Under the pieces are notes generated by a model. The model saw only the letters and a list, made by a program, of their open reading frames with translations. It made no database searches and was not told where the DNA came from. From a virus (lineage: Duplodnaviria; Caudoviricetes), in the IMG/VR virus record IMGVR_UViG_3300022179_000287, positions 1 through 24,789 of that record: a stretch of 24,789 nucleotides of DNA; one strand, given 5' to 3'. The position numbers and the translations under genes are program-made. This document shows, in pieces, positions 15,479 to 24,714 of this stretch. Position 1 is the first letter of the stretch. Every line of letters starts with the position of its first letter.

Positions 15479-17634
15479 TATCTCTAGGCGTCGAGGTTCA
15501 AACCAATGGCGCAGATCGCGCCCGGGACAGCCTCGGGCGGTTCGTGAAGGCCACGAAGGACGCGGCAACAGCGGCCGACCAGCTCGAGGATCAGCTCCGA
15601 GCGACATCGGCCGCGCAGGCGCAGGTCGCCAACACCTCGCGGCCGCTCTCCGGGGCGATGAGCGGCATCGGGGCCGCGTTCCAGAACAACGCAAGCCGGA
15701 TCCAGAACGCGAGCTTCCAGCTTCAAGACATCATCGTTCAGATGTCCATGGGCGTCCCGGCAGCGCGGACGCTTGGAATGCAGCTTCCGCAACTGCTGGG
15801 CGGGTTTGGCCCACTGGGCGCCGTGGTCGGTCTGGCGGTGGGTGCGCTGCTGTCGTTTGCTCCGGCGTTGTTCGGGGCCGGTGACGCGGCGGACGATCTG
15901 ACGGACAAGCTGGACGCGCTCAAGGACGCGATGCAACGGCTCAACGCGGCGCAGAAAGGGCAAAGTGCCGCCGATCTGGCGCAGCAATACGGGGCGCAGG
16001 CGGATGCTGCGCGCGAGCTGCTGATTATCCAGCGTCAGATTGCCCAGATCGAGGCCGACAGGGCATTCCGAGCGGCGTCCGTGGCTGTGGTCGGGGCTAT
16101 GGGGCAAGACCTAGCAAGCGTAACGTTCGAGGATGCCCTAACGAACGCCGTGATGTTGAACCGGGCGCTGAGCGAGCGCCTTGAGGTGACAAAGCTAATC
16201 GACGGCGTGCAGCGTGGCACATTGATCCTCGGCGATGAGGAAATGGAAGCGCTTAGCCGGCGGCAACTGGCCTACCAAGAACTTTTTGACCAGTTGAACG
16301 AGTATCGGTTGGGGCTGCAAAATATCGCATCGCAATTCGGCATCAACGAGCAGGCGGCGGCCAATCTCGTTATTGCCATGACGGCCGTCACCATGGCCGA
16401 CACGACCGAGCAGCGCGTCGCGGCCACGCAAAATCTGGCGCGCGCGATTGACGAAACGACCGGCGGGCTATCTATGGCTTCGGACGAAGGCATCGCGCTG
16501 TACAACGCTCTGCTGGACGCCGCGCTGGCCGGTCTGGACCTCAAGAGCCTTGATCTGCCGTCCAGCCTCGGAGCGGCCGCGTCGGAAGCTTCGCGGCTTG
16601 CCGATGAAATGGGGCGTGCCGCAGCGAACGCAATCACGATGGCGGCGCAGAGCTTCACGGCGCGAAACGAGGCCGAAATCCGGTTGCGGCATGCCGGCGA
16701 TCCCATTGCGGAGGCGCGGGCGCTGGCGGAAGCGCGGTTCAACGCTGCAAACCCGATGTTCACGAATTCGCCCGTTGGCGGGCAGACCTTCGCCGAGGCG
16801 CGGCAGACCTATGTGGATAACGCAGTCGCGGCGGCCGAAGCGCAGGCAGCATTGCGCGGCTTGAACGACACGATCAAAGGCGGCGAGGGCAGCATGACCG
16901 ACGCCGCGCGGGAAGCCGCGCGGCTTTACGAGAGCACGCGCACCGAGGCCGAGAAGTTCGCGGCCGAGCAGGAAAAGATCGAGACGCTCTACCGCGCCGG
17001 GGCGATCAGCGGCGAGGTTTACTCTCGAGCGATCCAAGATCTGAACGAGAAGTTCGACCCGTTTACAAAGCTGATGATCGGCGTGGCCGATACTATCGAG
17101 AACGAGCTAAACGCCGCCTTCTCGTCGGTGCTCAAGGGCACGGCGGATCTGGGCGACGCGCTTCTCAGCTTCGCCTCGAACGTCCTCGCCAAGGTCGCGC
17201 AGGATCTCTTCGCGCAGCAGTTCGCCGGACCGATCGCCGCAGGGATCAAGGGGATCTTCTCGGCGAACGGCAACGTCTTCGATCAATCCGGCGTGACCGC
17301 CTTTGCGAAGGGCGGCGTCGTCGGCGGGCCGACGGTCTTCCCGTTTGCCAACGGGATCGGGCTCATGGGAGAAGCCGGACCGGAAGCGATCATGCCGCTC
17401 TCGCGCGGCGCGGACGGCAAGCTCGGCGTGGTCGCCGCAAACGGCAACAGCGCGCCAAAGGTCACGATCAACAATTACAGCGGGCAGGAGGCGACCGCCT
17501 CCTCGGACAGTGCCGGGAACATCGTCGTCGAGATCGGGCGCGCGATCGCGCAGGACATCACCTCCGGAGGGCCGACCTACCGGGCGATCCGGACGACGTT
17601 CGGGCTCGGCAACCGCTTGCAGCAAAGGGGCTAA
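15466..17634 (+). CDS. Tape measure protein
   Basis: About 720 aa, Ala-rich and helical. Lambda-like TMP N-terminal motif FQLQDIIVQ...QLPQLL and C-terminal FAKGGVV..PT...MGEAGPEAIMPL. Likely start GTG 15466. Confidence 0.92.
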   Translation: MEDIVSLGVEVQTNGADRARDSLGRFVKATKDAATAADQLEDQLRATSAAQAQVANTSRPLSGAMSGIGAAFQNNASRIQNASFQLQDIIVQMSMGVPAARTLGMQLPQLLGGFGPLGAVVGLAVGALLSFAPALFGAGDAADDLTDKLDALKDAMQRLNAAQKGQSAADLAQQYGAQADAARELLIIQRQIAQIEADRAFRAASVAVVGAMGQDLASVTFEDALTNAVMLNRALSERLEVTKLIDGVQRGTLILGDEEMEALSRRQLAYQELFDQLNEYRLGLQNIASQFGINEQAAANLVIAMTAVTMADTTEQRVAATQNLARAIDETTGGLSMASDEGIALYNALLDAALAGLDLKSLDLPSSLGAAASEASRLADEMGRAAANAITMAAQSFTARNEAEIRLRHAGDPIAEARALAEARFNAANPMFTNSPVGGQTFAEARQTYVDNAVAAAEAQAALRGLNDTIKGGEGSMTDAAREAARLYESTRTEAEKFAAEQEKIETLYRAGAISGEVYSRAIQDLNEKFDPFTKLMIGVADTIENELNAAFSSVLKGTADLGDALLSFASNVLAKVAQDLFAQQFAGPIAAGIKGIFSANGNVFDQSGVTAFAKGGVVGGPTVFPFANGIGLMGEAGPEAIMPLSRGADGKLGVVAANGNSAPKVTINNYSGQEATASSDSAGNIVVEIGRAIAQDITSGGPTYRAIRTTFGLGNRLQQRG

Positions 17635-17637
17635 ATC

Positions 17638-18003
17638 ATGCCGACATGGCCGGTGACGCTTCCGCAATACTTCGAGCTCGGCGTGCAGGACACGCGGCAG
17701 CAAGGCTTCATCCGCTCGCAGACCGAGACCGGACCCTATAAGCAGCGCAAGCGGTTCACCGCGACCTCGCGCTTCTTGTCCGGGACGATGCTCTTCACCG
17801 GCACCGAGCGCGCGACGTTCGAGACTTTCTACAAGACGACGCTCTCGGAGGGGACCGACGCCTTCGACTTCATCGACCCCTCGGACTTCTCGACGGTCTC
17901 GGCGCGCTTCGTGCAGCCTCCGACGCTCTCGGCCGTCGCAGGCGGAGGCACGGCCGGGACGGCCCAGTGGCGCGTCGACCTCGCGCTCGAGGTGCTCCCC
18001 TAA
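17638..18003 (+). CDS. Distal tail protein (Dit/gpM-like)
   Basis: MPTWPVTLP, IRSQTETGPYKQRKRFT and FDFIDP; follows the TMP. Confidence 0.75.
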   Translation: MPTWPVTLPQYFELGVQDTRQQGFIRSQTETGPYKQRKRFTATSRFLSGTMLFTGTERATFETFYKTTLSEGTDAFDFIDPSDFSTVSARFVQPPTLSAVAGGGTAGTAQWRVDLALEVLP

Positions 18004-18479
18004 TGCCGCGCACGCTCCCGACATCGGTCATCACGGCCGTCAACTCCCAGACGACGACCAACGTCTTCTTGGTGCTGCTCGAGATCTCGCACAGCGCGGT
18101 CTCGACGTTCTACCTCGTCAACAATACCGAGAACGTCGTCTCCGGCGCGAACACCTATATCGCCTTCCCGTTCGCGGTCACGCTCCCGCCCGACGATCCC
18201 GAGCTGCAAGTGCGCGCGCGGCTCACGCTCTCGCATGTCACGAGCGAGCTCAACATCCTGCGGACCCTCGCCGGGCAGCGCGAGCGCGTCTCCTTCTCGC
18301 TCAAGGTCATCGAGGCGAGCGCGCCGACCGTGATCCTGCAAAGCATCTCCGGGCTGGTGGCCGCTTCGGTAAGCTATAACGCCGACGCGATGGACATCGA
18401 CCTGACGATCGACAACTTCCTCACGGAGCCCTTTCCAAGTGCAACCTTCTCGCCTTCTACGTTCCCCGGCATCTTCTAA
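18003..18479 (+). CDS. Tail tip protein (DUF1833/gpL-like)
   Basis: LVLLEISH, YLVNNTE, YIAFPFAVTLP and C-terminal FSPSTFPGIF. Confidence 0.78.
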   Translation: MPRTLPTSVITAVNSQTTTNVFLVLLEISHSAVSTFYLVNNTENVVSGANTYIAFPFAVTLPPDDPELQVRARLTLSHVTSELNILRTLAGQRERVSFSLKVIEASAPTVILQSISGLVAASVSYNADAMDIDLTIDNFLTEPFPSATFSPSTFPGIF

Positions 18480-18876
18480 CTGGTGGAACAACTACGTCGG
18501 GATCCCGTTCGCATGGAACGGATCGACGCGCGAGGGCGCGTCGTGCTGGGGGCTCGTCTGCATGGTCTACAGCGAGGTCTTCGGGATCCGGCTCCCGCGC
18601 TACAACGAGCTCGAGACGCAGATCGAGGGCGGCGCGGAGAGCGTGGCCGACTTCGCCTCGACCGGCCGCTCGATCCCGCTCGAGGAGGCGCGCTCCGGGG
18701 ACGTCCTGCATATGTGGGGGATGCACCGGGGCAAGCGGCGTCCGACGCACTGCGGGATCGTCACCGAGCCCGGCTTGGTGCTTCATGCAGAAGAGGTCGT
18801 CGGCTCGTGCATTTCGCGCTATAAGGGGGACAACCGTTTCTTGCAGCGCGTGATCGGAGCTTATCGCCTTGAATGA
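18439..18876 (+). CDS. NlpC/P60-family tail-associated protein (gpK-like)
   Basis: YVGIPF...GASCWGLV (catalytic Cys), HCGI and VLHA. No ATG near the conserved start, so GTG 18439 is a tentative start. Confidence 0.82.
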   Translation: MQPSRLLRSPASSNWWNNYVGIPFAWNGSTREGASCWGLVCMVYSEVFGIRLPRYNELETQIEGGAESVADFASTGRSIPLEEARSGDVLHMWGMHRGKRRPTHCGIVTEPGLVLHAEEVVGSCISRYKGDNRFLQRVIGAYRLE

Positions 18877-21800
18877 TCTCACCCCATACATCGAGAGCGC
18901 GCTCGCCGAATACATCGAGGTCACGCTCGTCCTGAACCCGCTCGCGCAGGGCGACCGGCTCGTCGTCCGGATCGCGCCGGTGGGCACGCTTGCCGATCTG
19001 ATCTCGTCGCTGATCCCGGATGAGATCGAGCGCGATCATATCAGCGCCTTCCTCGGCGGGGACTACATCGAGCCGGAGCTCTGGGGCAAGATCCGCCCGA
19101 AGTCGGGCGCGTCGGTCTATCTCCGCATCGTTCCGCAGGATCCGATCTCGATCATCTCGATCCTCGCCACCGCAGCCGCGCCGACGCTTTTCCCTACCCT
19201 TGTCGAGGGTTCGCTTGTCGCGTCGATTGCGGGCGCAGCGATTTCGATGGCGATCACCTACGCGGCGTCTGCCTTGTTTGGCCCGCGCCAAAGTCAAAGC
19301 CCGGACGAAAGCCCAACCTATGCCATCAGTTCGGCGCGCAATAGCTTGACGCCATTTGCCCCGGTGCCCGTCGTCCTCGGGACGCATCGCATGGTGCCAC
19401 CCTATGGCGCGGCGCCGTACACGGAAGTCGTCGGCAACGACCAATATCTGCGGTTCGTCCTGATCTGGGGATATGGTCCTGTTGACGTCAGTGCGATCAA
19501 GATCGGGAACACGCCGATTGAAGATTACAGCGACGTGGAAATGGAGCACGACTATGCCGGCACGGCATCGACGCTGGGGCTCTATCCCGGCGATGCATCG
19601 CAGGAAGATTTGTCGATCCGGCTGACCGATGCTTATGTCGCGCGGACAACGGCGCTCGACACGACCGAGATCGGGATCACGATCACATTCCCGACCGGCC
19701 TTTTCACAAGCGGGAGCGGCGGCCGGCTGACGGCTTCGGCGCGCATCGTGGGCGAATATCGCGTGGTTGGCGCGGGCTCATGGACGGCATGGTTTGACGA
19801 GACCTACACCGATGACACGGCGCAGGTGAAGCGCGTCTCGCAGCGCAAGACGGCGCTCACCTCGGGGCAGTATGAGGTCCAGATCAAGCGGTTCGCCGCC
19901 GAGGTGAACCTCACGAACGACCGCGTCTTCGATCGCGCCGATTGGTCGGATCTTCGCTCCTTCAACACCAACACGCAGCCGGTCCTCCTCTCGGGGATCG
20001 CGAAGAGCGCGTTTCGGATGAAGGCGACCGACCAGCTAAACGGCGTCGTTGATCAACTGAACGCGCTCGTCTCGCTCAAGATCCCGACGTGGGACGGCTC
20101 GGCGTGGACGACGGCGACGAGCGTGACCTCGAACCCGGCCGCGATTTACCGCTATGTCCTCACCGGCGCGCCGAACAAGAAGCCGGTCGCAGCCGCGAAC
20201 GTCAACGACGCGGCGCTCGGCGCGTGGTTCACTTTCTGCGCGACGAACGGGCTCGCCTTCGATCAGGTGGTCGACTTCCAGCTCTCCGTCCGGGATCTCC
20301 TGCAAGACGTCGCGAACGCGGGCAAGGCGAGCCCGGCTTACATCGACGACAAGTGGACCGTCGTCATCGAGCAGCCGCGCTCGACCGTCGTCCAGCACTT
20401 CACGCCGCGCAACACCCGCAACTTCGCCGGACGGATCCTTTACAACGAGATCCCGGACGCTCTCCGGATCCGCTTCTTCAACAAGGACGCGGACTATCGC
20501 GAGGACGAGCGCGTCATCTACGACGACGGCTTCAACGCTGCGAACGCGACGACCTTCCAAGTGATCGACCTCCCCGGGCAGACCGACCCGGACAACGTCT
20601 ACAAGCTCGGGCGGCACTACATCGCGGCAGCGCGCCTCCGGCCGGAGATCTTCACCTTCGAGATCGACGTCGAGCACCTCGTCGCGCTGCGCGGGGATCT
20701 ATGCCGCCTCACGCACGACGTCCCCGGGATCGGGCAGATGTCCGGGCGCGTCGTCTCTCGCGCGACGAACACGATCGTCCTCGACGAGCCGGTGACGCGC
20801 GAGGCGGGCAAGGTTTACACCCTGCGTGTCCGGGAGACGACGACCGGCGCGACGCTCGCGCTCACGGTTGCCGCATCCTCGACGACCGTCACGAGCGACA
20901 CCGTCGTCGTGACGAGCGGCGGGACCGGCGTCAACGTCGGGGATCTCTATCAGTTCGGCGAGCAAAACGTGGAAAGCCTTGAGGTGCTTGTCGCGGCGAT
21001 TGAGTATCTGGACGATCTGGCGGCGCGCGTGACATGCGTGCCATATTCGCCGGCCGTGTACAGTTCCGCGACGACGATCCCATCCTACACGACCGCGCTT
21101 TCGGCGCCGGTATCGGCATCCTTCATCGGGCCGCCAATACCGACCATCTCGCAGATCGTGTCGGATGAAGCCGCGCTTCAGGTCACGTCGAGCGGCGCGG
21201 TCGTGCCGTCGATCTTTTTATATGTGCAGCCGGGCAAGACGGCCAGCACATCGGATGGCACGGTGACAAGGACGGCATTCTATCAGGCGCGGTTTCGGCG
21301 GTCGGGATCGTCGGACCCGTTCACCTATATGCCTTATGCGCCGGTCGACAGCCAATTCGTACAGATATTCCCGGTCGAGAGCGGGCTGAGCTATGATCTC
21401 GGCGTGCGCGCTATCGGCCCGGACGAGGCCACGACGAGCGCCTTTGCAGAGGTGTCTAACCATCAGGTGGAAGGGGCGATTGACCCGCCCGCGCAGGTCG
21501 ACACGTTTTCGCTCAACACGATTGGTGATCATACCTATGTCGAATGGACCTATCCATCGATCCCGGTCGACGTGATCGGGTACGAAATGCGCTATTCATC
21601 GGCGCAGAACAACACGTCGTGGTCGACAATGACCGTGCTATCGACGGCCATTCCGAGGGATGCGCGCTCGTTTACGGTGCCGAGCCGGTCAGGGTCATAT
21701 GCGATCAAGGCGGTGGACGTGCTTGGCAACAGGTCCATCAACGCGACATTCGTCAATGCATCGCTTGAAGATCCTGCCGCGCTGAATGTGGTCGCCACGA

Positions 21801-22549
21801 TTACCGAGGAGCCGCTCTGGACCGGCACAAAGACGGACATCGACCGCGCCGGGGCAGCAATCCAGCTCGGCAGTCAGAACTTCATGGCAGATTGGACGCC
21901 GCTCGCGAGCGCGCTGGTGATCGGCGTGACGCCGGCAACCGGCTTTGCGGAAATTGGCTATTACGAGTTCGGCGAGACCGATCTCAGCGAGGTCTACACC
22001 TCGCGCGTGACTGTGGATGCTGTCGTGTCGACCTTGGGCGGGCTATCGACCATGCGCGGCTGGCGCAGGTTGAGCGGCGTGGCGACGCTGGCCGGCGATG
22101 ATACCGGCGATGAGGTATCGGTGGAAATCCAAGTCAACTATTCCATCGTGGACAATCCGACGCCGGTCTATGAGGGATGGCGGCGCTTCGTGGTCGGGGA
22201 TTACACGGCGCGGCATCTCAAGTTCCGCGCCGTGCTGTCGACGCTGTATAGCACGATTTCGCCCACCATCAGCGGCCTGACTGTCAACATCGACATGCCG
22301 GATCGGGTGGACTATGGAAACGATCTTGTCTCGGGCGCGGGCACATACGCGGTGGTATTTTCGCCTTCGTTCAAAGAACTGCGTTCGGTCACGATTGCGG
22401 CGCAGGACATGAATACCGGGGACTATTACTCAATTTCCAGCAAGACGCGCACTGGATTTGATGTTATTTTCCGCAGCAGCGCAGGCGCTGCGGTCAGTCG
22501 GTCTTTTGACTATCAGGCAATCGGCTACGGCAGAGAGAGGGCTACCTAA
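18869..22549 (+). CDS. Tail tip / host-specificity protein (gpI-gpJ-like fusion)
   Basis: 1226 aa, TTG start. PVPVVLGTHRM.PP, SNPA, LRIRF, RGDL and FN3-like segments (YAIKAVDVLGNRS); ends FDYQAIGYG. Confidence 0.88.
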   Translation: MNDLTPYIESALAEYIEVTLVLNPLAQGDRLVVRIAPVGTLADLISSLIPDEIERDHISAFLGGDYIEPELWGKIRPKSGASVYLRIVPQDPISIISILATAAAPTLFPTLVEGSLVASIAGAAISMAITYAASALFGPRQSQSPDESPTYAISSARNSLTPFAPVPVVLGTHRMVPPYGAAPYTEVVGNDQYLRFVLIWGYGPVDVSAIKIGNTPIEDYSDVEMEHDYAGTASTLGLYPGDASQEDLSIRLTDAYVARTTALDTTEIGITITFPTGLFTSGSGGRLTASARIVGEYRVVGAGSWTAWFDETYTDDTAQVKRVSQRKTALTSGQYEVQIKRFAAEVNLTNDRVFDRADWSDLRSFNTNTQPVLLSGIAKSAFRMKATDQLNGVVDQLNALVSLKIPTWDGSAWTTATSVTSNPAAIYRYVLTGAPNKKPVAAANVNDAALGAWFTFCATNGLAFDQVVDFQLSVRDLLQDVANAGKASPAYIDDKWTVVIEQPRSTVVQHFTPRNTRNFAGRILYNEIPDALRIRFFNKDADYREDERVIYDDGFNAANATTFQVIDLPGQTDPDNVYKLGRHYIAAARLRPEIFTFEIDVEHLVALRGDLCRLTHDVPGIGQMSGRVVSRATNTIVLDEPVTREAGKVYTLRVRETTTGATLALTVAASSTTVTSDTVVVTSGGTGVNVGDLYQFGEQNVESLEVLVAAIEYLDDLAARVTCVPYSPAVYSSATTIPSYTTALSAPVSASFIGPPIPTISQIVSDEAALQVTSSGAVVPSIFLYVQPGKTASTSDGTVTRTAFYQARFRRSGSSDPFTYMPYAPVDSQFVQIFPVESGLSYDLGVRAIGPDEATTSAFAEVSNHQVEGAIDPPAQVDTFSLNTIGDHTYVEWTYPSIPVDVIGYEMRYSSAQNNTSWSTMTVLSTAIPRDARSFTVPSRSGSYAIKAVDVLGNRSINATFVNASLEDPAALNVVATITEEPLWTGTKTDIDRAGAAIQLGSQNFMADWTPLASALVIGVTPATGFAEIGYYEFGETDLSEVYTSRVTVDAVVSTLGGLSTMRGWRRLSGVATLAGDDTGDEVSVEIQVNYSIVDNPTPVYEGWRRFVVGDYTARHLKFRAVLSTLYSTISPTISGLTVNIDMPDRVDYGNDLVSGAGTYAVVFSPSFKELRSVTIAAQDMNTGDYYSISSKTRTGFDVIFRSSAGAAVSRSFDYQAIGYGRERAT

Positions 22550-23835
22550 TGTCGCAATATGACTTCGGAACGATCAACCCGGCCACCAAGAGCGGGACGG
22601 CGCTGGCGTCGGACCTGAATTCTTGGCGGGACGCGTTGCACTCGACGCACGCTGGATCGAGCGCGCCGAGCTATCTCGTGGCCGGGATGCTCTGGGTCGA
22701 CACGACGTCGGCGAACTACGAGCTCAAGATGTATGACGGCGCGCAGTGGATCAACATTGCGATCCTCGACGCGACGAACAACGTCGCGCGGGTCGCGGTC
22801 GACCCGGCCGAGACGAGCTACATCACCTCGACGACTAGCGGGCAGATCCGGCACCTGATCGCGAGCACCGACATCTTCACGACCCGCGCAACCGGGATCC
22901 AGTTCAACATCGCCTCGCCGGTGATCGCGGACAGCAACAACAACGAGCTGATCTCGTTCACGACGACCGCGAGCGCGGTGAACCAGATCAACATCACCAA
23001 CTCCGCCACAACCGTCGCGCCGATCATCTCCGCAGTCGGCAACGACACGAACATCAACATCGCGATCGCGCCGAAGGGGACCGGGGTGACGCACGCGATC
23101 ACCGAGACGGCTGCGACGAACACCGTGATCGACGTCGCGCGGATCGAGGCTCGCAGCTCCGGAACCCCGGCAGCAGGGATCGGCGCGGGTCTTCTCTTCG
23201 CGGTCGAGACGAGCGCGAGCAACTTCGAGATCGGCGCGCGGATCGAGGCGGTCACGACCGACGTGACGGCGACCTCCGAGGACTTCGATGTCGTGATCAA
23301 GTCGATGGCCGGCGGGTCGGCGGCGGCAGAAAGGGCGCGGTTGACGTCCACCGGATATCTGCGGCTGGCGTCAGGCAGCGGGGGCATCCAGTTTGGCGGT
23401 GATACAGCCGCCGCGAACGCGCTGGACGATTACGAGGAAGGCACATTTACGCCGGTTGTGGCCGATGCAGTATCGGGCGGGAATGTGGCAACAGCGTCGA
23501 CAGCCGCTGGCCAGTATACCAAGATCGGCAATCTTGTTTTTATTGATGTTCAGCTTGTGGATATCGGCACGACCGGCATGACGGCGGGAAACACCATCCA
23601 TATTCGAGGTCTGCCGTTCACGTCAAAGAACACAGCGAACGCGCTGACCTATTTTGGCGGCGCTTTCACGAGTACCAACAGCACGACTGGGGTTGTCTTT
23701 GGCGCCGCGCCCGGAAACGGGACATACATGACCATTCGGGAGGGTCTGACAACGGGCAGCGCCAACTTGACCGTGGCGGCGCTTGTTTCGGGCGCAGCGG
23801 ACATTCGACTGTCCGGCTGCTACATCGCGGCGTAA
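22549..23835 (+). CDS. Tail fibre / receptor-binding protein
   Basis: T/A/S/G-rich. N-terminal SAPSYLVAGMLWVDT; C-terminal ANALDDYEEGTFTP...YTKIGNLV...IRGLPF module common in phage fibres. Confidence 0.82.
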   Translation: MSQYDFGTINPATKSGTALASDLNSWRDALHSTHAGSSAPSYLVAGMLWVDTTSANYELKMYDGAQWINIAILDATNNVARVAVDPAETSYITSTTSGQIRHLIASTDIFTTRATGIQFNIASPVIADSNNNELISFTTTASAVNQINITNSATTVAPIISAVGNDTNINIAIAPKGTGVTHAITETAATNTVIDVARIEARSSGTPAAGIGAGLLFAVETSASNFEIGARIEAVTTDVTATSEDFDVVIKSMAGGSAAAERARLTSTGYLRLASGSGGIQFGGDTAAANALDDYEEGTFTPVVADAVSGGNVATASTAAGQYTKIGNLVFIDVQLVDIGTTGMTAGNTIHIRGLPFTSKNTANALTYFGGAFTSTNSTTGVVFGAAPGNGTYMTIREGLTTGSANLTVAALVSGAADIRLSGCYIAA

Positions 23836-23846
23836 AGGGGTAAGGC

Positions 23847-24098
23847 ATGATCACGAAAACCGAAAGCATCGACAAGATCGAGGTGGTGGCCACGGGCGCG
23901 GGTTATCCGTTTGTGCATGTTCGGCGCACGACTGTGCTGGCCGAGGATGGCGCGGAAATCGCGCGGACGTTTCACAGGCACGTTCTAACCCCGGACGCGG
24001 ACCTGACGGGCGAGGATGCATCGGTGCAGGCTATCGCGGCGGCGGCGTTCACCGACGAAGCGAAGGCGGCTTATGCGGCGGGGATGGTCGAGCCGTGA
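23847..24098 (+). CDS. Small fibre-associated protein, 83 aa (possible chaperone)
   Basis: DKIEVV...VHVR...EDG.EIARTFHRHVL.P; directly after the fibre gene. Confidence 0.72.
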   Translation: MITKTESIDKIEVVATGAGYPFVHVRRTTVLAEDGAEIARTFHRHVLTPDADLTGEDASVQAIAAAAFTDEAKAAYAAGMVEP

Positions 24099-24502
24099 TC
24101 AGAGTGGCGACATGGCTGCGCCGCAACTTCGCGCAGGACGACTTTGCCGAGGATTGGTACGCATGGGCCACCAATCAGATCAGCCATGCCAGCATGGGCG
24201 TCATGGCGGCGCTGGCCGTCAGTCTGATCGCGTGGCTGATCACAGGCGAATACCCGGTCAAGTGGCAGGCGTGGTCGATTGTGGCGGTGCTCTCTGGCGC
24301 GATCGGCGCGGTTAGCTGGGTCTTGAAGGGCTACGCCGACGAGCTGCAACGCATCTCGATCCTCCTCAACAAGACGCGCGAGGAGGCGGCGCGAGACTAT
24401 GTCACCAAGGCGGAGCTGCACGCCGACATCGGGCGCGTGCTGGCCCGGATCGAGAGCCTCGATCAGAAGATCGACCGGATCCTGCAAGGGATGCTCAAAT
24501 GA
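24095..24502 (+). CDS. Membrane protein with C-terminal coiled coil, holin-like
   Basis: GTGA overlap start. Two hydrophobic segments followed by LLNKTREEAARDYVTK...LDQKIDR. Confidence 0.6.
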   Translation: MIRVATWLRRNFAQDDFAEDWYAWATNQISHASMGVMAALAVSLIAWLITGEYPVKWQAWSIVAVLSGAIGAVSWVLKGYADELQRISILLNKTREEAARDYVTKAELHADIGRVLARIESLDQKIDRILQGMLK

Positions 24503-24714
24503 GGTTCGCGCTTGTGCTCTTGATCGCGGGCTGCGGACCCGTCACCGTCTCCTCGGTGGCCTACACCACCGCTTGCCCGAAGGGGGACGCGCAATGCGAG
24601 ATCCGGCAGAACGCGGAGACGCTCTACTACATGTCGATGCCAGACGCAGCGAACGCGCTGCTCTGCTCCGGAGATACGCGCGACGTCATGGGGGCGCTCT
24701 GCTCGGTCTACTGA
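24499..24714 (+). CDS. Small lipoprotein, 71 aa (possible o-spanin-like)
   Basis: Signal peptide with lipobox MRFALVLLIAG-C; four further Cys residues; ATGA-coupled to the upstream gene. Confidence 0.65.
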   Translation: MRFALVLLIAGCGPVTVSSVAYTTACPKGDAQCEIRQNAETLYYMSMPDAANALLCSGDTRDVMGALCSVY

